Shown one piece after another: positions 29,738 through 36,609 of a DNA stretch of 36,609 bases. Each line of letters starts with the position of its first letter. Position 1 is the stretch's first letter. The notes beneath the pieces were generated by a model, which saw only the letters and a list, made by a program, of their open reading frames with translations, was not told where the DNA came from and made no database searches. Position numbers and translations under genes: made by a program. Location: NCBI GenBank assembly GCA_045805065.1, contig JBJMMA010000246.1, positions 1 through 36,609 of the forward strand. Reading direction: 5' to 3'. Source of the DNA: Bdellovibrionia bacterium (GTDB lineage: Bacteria > Bdellovibrionota > UBA1018).

Positions 29738-30502
29738 CTAACCGTTGTTCTGAGTCGCTTCGGTTGCAGCACCTGGGACAAACAGGAGCCGATGGCAGCT
29801 TGGGCACGAGTACATCTGCAAGTTCTTGCGGATCTCGTTATAAAGCTGCGGCGGCACCATCATGTTGCAGCCTTTGCAACGCCCGGCGACGGCTGGGACA
29901 AATCCCAGACCTGCGCGAGCGCCACGAACGCGATCGTAAGTCGCAAGCGTGCGAGGATCGACCTGAGAAGAGTACTGAGCTCTCTCACTCAAGAGCGTGT
30001 TCAAATCTTTTTCAATTTGACCGCTCTGAGTTGAAACAACGTTGGCTTGAGCTTCGCGCTCTTTTTGAACCTTCTCAAGCTGAGCTGTCAGGTCGCCCAC
30101 GACTTTGCGGACGCCGTCCATATCGCCGTTGGACTTCTTGAGCTGCTCTTCAAGAGTTCCGCTTTGCTTCTTGAGTTGCTCGATCTCTTTGTTGACCGCA
30201 GTAAATTCCTGCGAGTTCTGTACGGACTCCAAACGAGTCGTAGAACGGGTCAAGCGGTCGCGATTGATATCAAGCGCAGCAAGCGTTTGCTTTTGAGTCT
30301 TTTCGATCTCAGCAAGCTCAGCGTTTTTAGTTTTCACGTTGGCTTGAATCTTAGCCATCGACTGGTCCAAGGTCTTGAGTGCCTCAGGAAGAGCCGACTT
30401 GTTCTTTTTGAGCTGATCGATTTTAAGATCCAATTCTTGGAGATGCTCCAAGGCTTTCAATTGTTCAGCGAGCGATCTGGATGCCGAATTTTGCTGACTC
30501 AC
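29738..30502 (-). CDS. Coiled-coil plus C4 zinc-ribbon protein (DUF164/zf-RING_7, HP0958/CT398-like)
   Basis: LQELDLKI, long coiled coil, CKGC...CPSC.RLL; between nif3 and rnpB. GTG start with AGGAGG. Confidence 0.92.
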   Translation of the reverse strand: MSQQNSASRSLAEQLKALEHLQELDLKIDQLKKNKSALPEALKTLDQSMAKIQANVKTKNAELAEIEKTQKQTLAALDINRDRLTRSTTRLESVQNSQEFTAVNKEIEQLKKQSGTLEEQLKKSNGDMDGVRKVVGDLTAQLEKVQKEREAQANVVSTQSGQIEKDLNTLLSERAQYSSQVDPRTLATYDRVRGARAGLGFVPAVAGRCKGCNMMVPPQLYNEIRKNLQMYSCPSCHRLLFVPGAATEATQNNG

Positions 30503-30640
30503 GGGTGTCCTCCTAAAAAAACAACTCTCAAAATTTTTACGATCTATCTATGTTACCCATGACCGCCTTCGAAATCCATTCCCATTGCGATCAATTCTAA
30601 TTTGTCCTACTGTCGAGCCCCTCGGTAATTTTTAAGATCG

Positions 30641-31819
30641 TTAAAAATACTTTTGGGTCCGGACAAAAAGCTCGGTTGCCTTCAGGCCTGATTGAACAAG
30701 CCATTGGTGAACGGTCTTTACAAAAAATCGCTCGCTCTCAGTATGGCCGAGCTCCAGAACCCTCATAGAAGAGCTCCTGGCTGCAAGCGCCTCGTGATAA
30801 CCCGCTTCGCCCGTGATCATCAGATCACATCCTAACGAAGCTGCAGCTCCCACGACCGACGCTCCCTTTCCTGCTGCAAATGCCACTCGTCGAATCGCGG
30901 GTTCCCGAGTGCGTTTGGTTCGAGCAGGTTGAGGCTCGCAATCCGTCAATAAATAACCGTTTACGTTAAAGAGCCTTCTAACATCTCGAAGCACTTCTGA
31001 AAAGGCCTTGGGTTCAGGGAATTCTCCCCAAAATCCATAACCTAGTCCTCGCACCAGGCCGACCGAGGACGGAGCCTGCTCCAGGGAATAGAGATCATAG
31101 GCAACTTCTTCGTAAGGATGTGCTTTCAACATCGCCTGCACGATCGATCTTTCAAGCCCCCGAGGCACCACCGTTTCCAACCGGACTTCAGCAGCAGCCT
31201 CAAGCTTTCCTGGTCTTCCTAAGAAGGGATTCGTGCCAGGAGCGCCTCGGAATGTGCCCTGTCCCTGAACCGAAAAGGTGCAAGAGTCGTAATTTCCAAT
31301 ATGCCCAGCTCCCGCCTCAGACAGCGCCAACCGAACCTGGTCAGCATGAGAAAGTGGAACAAAAACAGCGAGCTTCAGGAGAGATTCCATAGGCTTATCT
31401 AAAAGCCTTCCCTTTGGCTCAAGCCCGAGCCCCTTGGAAATAGACTCTGCGACTTCCAAAGCGCATCGATCAAAATTGGTATGATAGGCCGCAACGGCAA
31501 TGCCTCGTCGAATGGCCTCAAAAACCAGTCCGCTCTTTCCGGAGCCAGCAGTGATTTTGGCAAGTCCCTTGGATTTAGGGAAAATACAGGGGTGATGATT
31601 CACGATGAGGCGATAGCCCAGGCGATCCGCCGTCTCGATTGCCTCTTCGCTCAAATCAATGGCCACAACGGCGCCCTTGGTCTTCCAGGCAGGATCCCCT
31701 ACCAGGAGACCCACATTGTCCCAGGACTCTGCCGTTCCTGAAGGAGCACGACTTTCCAGGAGGCGAATCACGTCGCCGACGCTCATGTTTTGCTTTTTGG
31801 GGCGGTTGGTTCGGGGCAT
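30641..31819 (-). CDS. Nif3-like dinuclear metal centre protein with PII-like insert (YqfO/YbgI family)
   Basis: AESWDNVGLLVG, HHP, HTNFD, AGAGHIGNYDSC, HPYEEVAYD, GH..SE. Start placed at ATG 31819 (alternative 31786). Confidence 0.93.
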   Translation of the reverse strand: MPRTNRPKKQNMSVGDVIRLLESRAPSGTAESWDNVGLLVGDPAWKTKGAVVAIDLSEEAIETADRLGYRLIVNHHPCIFPKSKGLAKITAGSGKSGLVFEAIRRGIAVAAYHTNFDRCALEVAESISKGLGLEPKGRLLDKPMESLLKLAVFVPLSHADQVRLALSEAGAGHIGNYDSCTFSVQGQGTFRGAPGTNPFLGRPGKLEAAAEVRLETVVPRGLERSIVQAMLKAHPYEEVAYDLYSLEQAPSSVGLVRGLGYGFWGEFPEPKAFSEVLRDVRRLFNVNGYLLTDCEPQPARTKRTREPAIRRVAFAAGKGASVVGAAASLGCDLMITGEAGYHEALAARSSSMRVLELGHTESERFFVKTVHQWLVQSGLKATELFVRTQKYF

Positions 31820-31871
31820 ACCGACCAACCTAATGAAATGATGAGGAAAAGTCCAAGACACTAAAACTGAC

Positions 31872-31900
31872 TTGAATTATCAGGTAATGGCGTTTAGACT
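31872..31900 (+). promoter_or_regulatory. Sigma70-type promoter for the 21-aa micro-ORF
   Basis: TTGAAT - 17 nt - TAGACT. Confidence 0.55.
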
Positions 31901-31940
31901 TTTATGAATACCAACCGATATTCGCAGGAGCAGTACGTTT

Positions 31941-32006
31941 ATGAAGATCCTGGCAACTCTCAGTATGGCATCGTGTCTTTTAAGCGCAGTTATCTGCTTG
32001 ATCTGA
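31941..32006 (+). CDS. 21-aa hydrophobic micro-protein MKILATLSMASCLLSAVICLI
   Basis: AGGAG at 31926-31930 and an upstream consensus-like promoter; single hydrophobic helix. Confidence 0.4.
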   Translation: MKILATLSMASCLLSAVICLI

Positions 32007-32015
32007 CACGAGTAT

Positions 32016-32141
32016 TTAGAAATTATCGTAGATACTGCTGACCACAGCTTGGATGAGGACCGCGACCAGAATCCCGGTCACAAGACTGGCTGTGCTGAAG
32101 ATAAACTGAGCTACTTTTTTCCACGTCAGGGCTTCTTTCAT
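32016..32141 (-). CDS. 41-aa single-pass membrane micro-protein MKEALTWKKVAQFIFSTASLVTGILVAVLIQAVVSSIYDNF
   Basis: GGTGAGG RBS 5 nt before ATG; TTGACT-17-TACACC upstream (32189-32161); basic N-terminus followed by a TM helix. Confidence 0.6.
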   Translation of the reverse strand: MKEALTWKKVAQFIFSTASLVTGILVAVLIQAVVSSIYDNF

Positions 32142-32189
32142 AGTTGCCTCACCACGCGTGGGTGTACAAAAGTTTATCAGATTAGTCAA

Positions 32190-33251
32190 CTACTTTTCAG
32201 TTACTGGATACCCAGCCTGGTTCCAGGCCTGATATCCGCCACTTATGACGACCACATCTTTTAGGCCCAGATAACCCAGGGTACGTGCCGCAAGAGCGCT
32301 TCGGAGGCCGGAAAGGCACGAAACATACACTCGCTTTGCCGACATCAAACGCGGGAGCTCCGCGCCCAGGTCGGATAAAGTAACGTTGCGCATTCCCGGC
32401 ATATGACCCAAGTCAAACTCAGCGGGCTCCCGTACATCGACAAACTCGAATCCGGCAGCATGCTCCTCGAGCTTCTTTTTAAACTTCTCAACACTGATGC
32501 GAGTCGCCCCGTATTCGGCATAGTTGCGCGACCCGAAGGCTCCCGGCCGAACTGTAGGAATATCCGATTCGCTCTGGCCACCCATCTGATTGTAACGCAT
32601 GCGATCCAAGGAATCCTGATCGTAACGGGCAGGACGATTTTCGCTCAGACTTTCCTGCAGCTTTTCGAGTGAGGAAGTCTGAAAAAGCGGATTTCTCTTT
32701 TTTTCTACCCCAAGCGTTGAAAACAGGATGCCCATGCGATCATGGCCCGGGTAGATCAGGAAATTCTCCGACATATCGGCGGACAGTTTCCGCGCCAGAC
32801 TCCAAATAGCTTGAACATTCGCATTTGGCAGCAATGCATTTTCAACGGAACCAATCCAAAGAGCATCGCCTGTCAAAAGCCATGAGTCGGACTTGAGAAT
32901 TAAGCCATCATCCGTTGCCGCTGGTGCATGCATCGCCTGGATCTGATGTTTGCCCAGCTGAAACTTTTCACCATCCCGAAGTTTGCGCACGGATCGCTGG
33001 CTTGAGGCCTTCTCCGGCATCAGGTGCTCGCATCCGAAGAGATGAGCGGCTGAAAGATGATCTGTATGGAGGCGGGTTTCGACCGAATAAATGACGCGGC
33101 ATCCGCTTTGACTTAAAAACTCGCGGTAATCATTCGTGAGATCCAGGCGCGGATCGACAACCATCGCCTGAAGCGACGAGCGATCAAACACGATATAAGA
33201 GAGGCAATCATCCTGGCGAAACTGCCGAATGACCAAAGACTCCTGGACCAT
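32190..33251 (-). CDS. MBL-fold (persulfide dioxygenase-like) plus rhodanese fusion, degenerate metal site
   Basis: CLSYIV, VVDP, ETRLHTDH, TGDAL, YPGHD, ST.GVEKK.NP; rhodanese VDVREPAEF..GH.PG, CLSGLRS, GGYQAW. Confidence 0.88.
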   Translation of the reverse strand: MVQESLVIRQFRQDDCLSYIVFDRSSLQAMVVDPRLDLTNDYREFLSQSGCRVIYSVETRLHTDHLSAAHLFGCEHLMPEKASSQRSVRKLRDGEKFQLGKHQIQAMHAPAATDDGLILKSDSWLLTGDALWIGSVENALLPNANVQAIWSLARKLSADMSENFLIYPGHDRMGILFSTLGVEKKRNPLFQTSSLEKLQESLSENRPARYDQDSLDRMRYNQMGGQSESDIPTVRPGAFGSRNYAEYGATRISVEKFKKKLEEHAAGFEFVDVREPAEFDLGHMPGMRNVTLSDLGAELPRLMSAKRVYVSCLSGLRSALAARTLGYLGLKDVVVISGGYQAWNQAGYPVTEK

Positions 33252-33335
33252 TCCAAAAAGTTACCGAAAAAGCGCAATTATCGCAAGGTTCGGCAGTCCG
33301 CCCGTTTTGGCCTGATGTCTGCAGTCCCGGCCTTT

Positions 33336-34649
33336 ATGAGGGTTTTCAAGGACCGTGAAGAGGCCGGCAAGAGTTTGGCGGACGAATTGAACAAAGAGCC
33401 AGGGGGATTTGCCTTGGCCAATTCCATCGTCATAGCCCTCCCCCGGGGCGGGGTCCCAGTAGCTGCTGAGATCTCAAGACGCCTCAAGGCACCTCTGGAT
33501 GTCCTGATCACTCGAAAAATCGGGGCCCCAGATAATCCTGAATACGGAATCGGGGCCATCAGTGAAAACGGGACTTTCTGGATTAACGAAAACGCCGTTT
33601 ACAGCCTGGGACTCTCTGAGATTGAGGTCAGGAACCTCATGAAGAGAGAGGAAAGCGAGATTCGTCGCCGCGTCCATGAGTACCGAGGAGATCGTCCCAT
33701 CACAGATATTCGCGATCGCACGGTCATCTTGGTTGACGATGGCCTTGCCACGGGCGTTACCGCCAGAGTCTCGATTCAAGCGCTCCGGGAAATGGGCGCT
33801 GAGCGCGTGGTCTTGGCCATTCCCGTCGGCGCTCCGGACACTGTGGAAGCCATGGCCAAAGTAGCCGATCAAGTCATTTGCCTAGAACTGCCGCAGGGCT
33901 TTTACTCCGTGGGCTCTTGGTATGAGAACTTTGAGCAGACCAACGACGAGGAAGTCATCGAGCTTCTCTCCGAGTCGCGTAAAGAGCTTGCAGAGATCGT
34001 CTCAAAAGAGATTGAGATCACCGACGGCAGGATCAAGCTACCAGGAATTTTGAAAATTCCCCCCAACGCCAAGGGCATTGTTCTTTTTGCGCACGGGAGC
34101 GGAAGCAGCCGGCACAGCCCAAGAAACATCCAGGTTGCCGATGAACTGAATCACGCCGGCATGGCCACCCTGCTCTTTGATCTTCTGGATCCCGTGGAAG
34201 CGCTGGATCGCTCCAATGTCTTTGATATCCCTTTTCTCGCGGATCGACTCGTTCTGGCTTTTACGGCAGTTCGACAACGTCCTGAAACCTTTGAGCTGCC
34301 GGTAGGATTTTTTGGAGCAAGCACCGGCGGGGGCGCGGCTCTTTGGGCTGCGGCAAGCCTTGGGCACGCGATCAGCGGCATCGTCTCCCGAGGAGGACGG
34401 CCTGATCTGGCGATGGAGAAGCTTCCTCAGATCGACGCTCCCACTCTGCTCATCGTGGGTGGTTTTGATCCAGAAGTCATCGAGCTGAATCGCGCGGCGC
34501 ATGCCGCGCTTCCGCATTCCAAGATGCTCATCGTCGCCGGAGCCACGCATCTCTTCGAAGAGCCAGGAACGCTGGAAGCAGTTGCAGACGCCGCCAGGGA
34601 TTGGTTCCTGAACTGCTTCGAAAAGAGCGCAGCTCGTCACGCAGCTTGA
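33336..34649 (+). CDS. Phosphoribosyltransferase plus alpha/beta hydrolase (dienelactone-hydrolase-like) fusion
   Basis: FKDREEAG, ALPRGGVPVA, LVDDGLATG; FAHGSGSSRHSPRN, GASTGG, SRGGRPDLA, ATHLFEE. Confidence 0.92.
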   Translation: MRVFKDREEAGKSLADELNKEPGGFALANSIVIALPRGGVPVAAEISRRLKAPLDVLITRKIGAPDNPEYGIGAISENGTFWINENAVYSLGLSEIEVRNLMKREESEIRRRVHEYRGDRPITDIRDRTVILVDDGLATGVTARVSIQALREMGAERVVLAIPVGAPDTVEAMAKVADQVICLELPQGFYSVGSWYENFEQTNDEEVIELLSESRKELAEIVSKEIEITDGRIKLPGILKIPPNAKGIVLFAHGSGSSRHSPRNIQVADELNHAGMATLLFDLLDPVEALDRSNVFDIPFLADRLVLAFTAVRQRPETFELPVGFFGASTGGGAALWAAASLGHAISGIVSRGGRPDLAMEKLPQIDAPTLLIVGGFDPEVIELNRAAHAALPHSKMLIVAGATHLFEEPGTLEAVADAARDWFLNCFEKSAARHAA

Positions 34650-34665
34650 GTGCCAGAATAATTGA

Positions 34666-35811
34666 TCAGTACCCCGCTGCCATTTTTGCGAATCCGGATG
34701 AAAATCCGCGCTCGAGCAGTCCTTTCACTCTCACAAGCGCATCATCCACCTGACTCTTGGGGTCTGTTCCAAAGAGCTTGGCAACGGCATGGCCGAGCTT
34801 TCCGCCCGGAGGACGATAGGACAAGTCCATCTCAATGCGCGTTCCACCATCCTCCTCACCAAGAAATCGGATACAGCCTGCATTTCTGACAATCGCCCCA
34901 GGCTCGCTTCTCCAGGCAATCGTTCGACCAGGCTCATATCGGGTCGTGATAGCGTTCCAATGAACAGGAACACCTGCGGGTCCGACCACTGACCATCGTG
35001 AGCGATTGGGTCCCATGGCTTGTACTTCAATCACTTCAGGCAAAAATTGCGGGAAATTATCAAAGTCCGACCAGAAATTAAAAACATCCTCAGGCATTGC
35101 ATCGATTTGGATCGTCTTATGAACAGTGATGGAGCTATCTGGCCCAAATCCAAAAAACTGCTTGATGCTTTCATTACTCACAGCCCGGATCAAAAGCCCT
35201 AAACCCATGCCAGCCATCATGAAGCCGCGACGGTTTCTCTGCTTCAAGCCAGTCACGATGGGAAGAATCGATGCCGTTCCCGCCATCAAGCGCGTTGCAG
35301 GTGGCCAGTTATTCTCAAGAAGTACAGCGCGACTGCCTTGTTTTTCTCTTCCGCCTTGAAGCGATGGAATATGCTCATCATGCTCATAGGCTTTGAGTTG
35401 ATTCTCTAAGTTCTTCAAACCCGGCACGCCTTTCAGCCCATCGATCAGATCATCCACCTCGTGAGCGAAAACCAATCCACGAAGCGTGACGTTCTGCTGA
35501 TCAGAAGTCACATCAATTGCGTGGGGATGCGACACAAGGCGTCCCAGTTTCGAGCGAACCCGAGCGACCAGTACTGAGTCATCAACAGTCCGGTGAAAGA
35601 GGCGCCCTTTTGTTCGAGCAGCCACCCCTTGAGTACGATGCGCCATATCTCGAGCCGCTACCTCCATTCCGTTTCCCGTCCGATGGAGTTGCCGAACGAT
35701 TTTATCTCGTGCGACTGCTCGTCTTCTGCGCCCTCGGTCAGGATCCATCAGATACATAAACCCGGCGCCTAATCCCATTCCGCTTATCCAATTGATTCGA
35801 TTCGTTGTCAT
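34666..35811 (-). CDS. BON domain plus SRPBCC (START/cyclase-like) domain membrane-anchored protein
   Basis: GAGFMYLMDPDRGRRRRA anchor; DDSVLVARVRSKL...VTLRG (BON); FWSDFDNFPQF, SRWSV.GP.G.PV.W, IAWRS, SYRPPGG (SRPBCC). Confidence 0.9.
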   Translation of the reverse strand: MTTNRINWISGMGLGAGFMYLMDPDRGRRRRAVARDKIVRQLHRTGNGMEVAARDMAHRTQGVAARTKGRLFHRTVDDSVLVARVRSKLGRLVSHPHAIDVTSDQQNVTLRGLVFAHEVDDLIDGLKGVPGLKNLENQLKAYEHDEHIPSLQGGREKQGSRAVLLENNWPPATRLMAGTASILPIVTGLKQRNRRGFMMAGMGLGLLIRAVSNESIKQFFGFGPDSSITVHKTIQIDAMPEDVFNFWSDFDNFPQFLPEVIEVQAMGPNRSRWSVVGPAGVPVHWNAITTRYEPGRTIAWRSEPGAIVRNAGCIRFLGEEDGGTRIEMDLSYRPPGGKLGHAVAKLFGTDPKSQVDDALVRVKGLLERGFSSGFAKMAAGY

Positions 35812-35825
35812 AATACCCGATTAGG

Positions 35826-35841
35826 AGCAATCGATATGCCT
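35826..35841 (-). promoter_or_regulatory. Candidate sigma54 promoter of the BON-SRPBCC gene
   Basis: Minus strand AGGCATATCGATTGCT = GG-N10-GC, 14 nt before ATG. Confidence 0.5.
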
Positions 35842-35959
35842 TCTCTCATTTTTAGAAAAATGAACGGCAAGAGGGTCAATTAAGACACTCCCTTAATTTC
35901 GAGATGGGCTCAAAACAGGAACTGTCCGGCTAATTTATTAAACATTGTTTACAAACCTT

Positions 35960-35988
35960 TTGAGACCCTGCGGCTTTACCGATAAAAT
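35960..35988 (+). promoter_or_regulatory. Sigma70-type promoter of the FN3 lipoprotein gene
   Basis: TTGAGA - 17 nt - TAAAAT. Confidence 0.55.
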
Positions 35989-36012
35989 AATAGAAGGGTT
36001 AGGGTTTTGATC

Positions 36013-36474
36013 ATGGGTCGTTTCCGCGCAAGCACATTGCCGACGCTGATCGCGTTATTGAGCTTGGCTTCCTCTTGCGAGATGGGAAGCAAGTCGATCA
36101 CGTTCACGACTTCGCCCTCAACGTCAAACTCCTCGGGATCCCCTTCCTCTCCTTCGCCCCCGAGCAATTGCTCGGGCGGCCCCTACAACATCCTGGTCTC
36201 GTGGACCGCCAACCGTGAAAAAGCGGTCAATACGACAGGCGGAGGATACAAAGTCTATTATTCGACCTCGACCCCAGTGAACACTTCCAGCGCATCAAAC
36301 GTCGATGTGCCCTATGTGTCCGGATCATCGACTCCTTCATCGCGGTTGATCACAGGACTCACTTGCGGCACCTGGCATTTTCGAGTCGTTGCCTACTCTG
36401 CCCTTCATCCCAGCGGAAGCTTAGTTGCCAGTCGAAGCGCTGATTCGTCCGAGGTCACCGTAACGGTTCCCTAA
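36013..36474 (+). CDS. Probable lipoprotein with Ser/Pro linker and fibronectin type III-like domain
   Basis: Hydrophobic leader ending LASSC; VSWTAN, GYKVYY, ITGL..GTWHFRVVAY, S.EVTVTVP. Confidence 0.75.
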   Translation: MGRFRASTLPTLIALLSLASSCEMGSKSITFTTSPSTSNSSGSPSSPSPPSNCSGGPYNILVSWTANREKAVNTTGGGYKVYYSTSTPVNTSSASNVDVPYVSGSSTPSSRLITGLTCGTWHFRVVAYSALHPSGSLVASRSADSSEVTVTVP

Positions 36475-36482
36475 AAACTAAA

Positions 36483-36609
36483 ATGATCATGAAAACAAAA
36501 CCTGCTTACAAAAAGCTCCTCGGCGTTGTGACGATCCTGGTCGTTGTCTGGGACTCCTTTGTGATCCCGCACTCGAGTGCAGGCGAGCTTTTGAGAAATA
36601 CGCATCCGC
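36483..36609 (+). CDS. 5' part of an exported protein (truncated by the window end)
   Basis: MIMKTKPAYKKLLGVVTILVVVWDSFVIPHSSAGELL...; open to the window end, 8 nt after the previous stop. Confidence 0.55.
   Translation, partial: MIMKTKPAYKKLLGVVTILVVVWDSFVIPHSSAGELLRNTHP

Noticed and set aside
31904..32041. 45-aa plus-strand ORF MNTNRYSQEQ...
   Set aside because: Its ATG is only 3 nt after the -10 box with no RBS; the AGGAG-led 21-aa frame fits better.

Overview
A housekeeping-rich bacterial chromosomal window of roughly 50% GC. Gene style suggests Bdellovibrionota/Oligoflexia or a related deltaproteobacterial lineage (inference only). The left part holds rpsL-rpsG-fusA-rpsJ (no tuf in between, no rpoC upstream), an outer-membrane beta-barrel, a stand-alone CTP-synthase-type glutaminase domain and clpP-clpX-lon. 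The middle holds a DMT transporter, an acyl-CoA thioesterase, a Cys-rich secreted protein, a split class I fumarase-kynA-def operon, plsC with an EmrB-type MFS divergent from an SMR (Gdx/SugE) across a double palindromic operator, a signal-peptide J-domain protein, pepP-dusB, a HAD hydrolase and an AT-rich lipoprotein. The right part holds a half-size HPPD-like VOC protein, speA, an M14 peptidase, RNase P RNA (rnpB) behind Nif3 and zinc-ribbon genes, two unannotated convergent hydrophobic micro-ORFs, a degenerate MBL-rhodanese, a PRT-hydrolase fusion, a BON-SRPBCC protein and an FN3-like lipoprotein. I found no mobile element, CRISPR array, tRNA or rRNA, and no clear multi-gene novel system. 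The best leads are the apparently exported J-domain repeat protein, the convergent micro-ORF pair, the stand-alone HPPD catalytic domain, recurrent leaderless-type promoter geometry and structured RNA in the ribosomal operon spacers.
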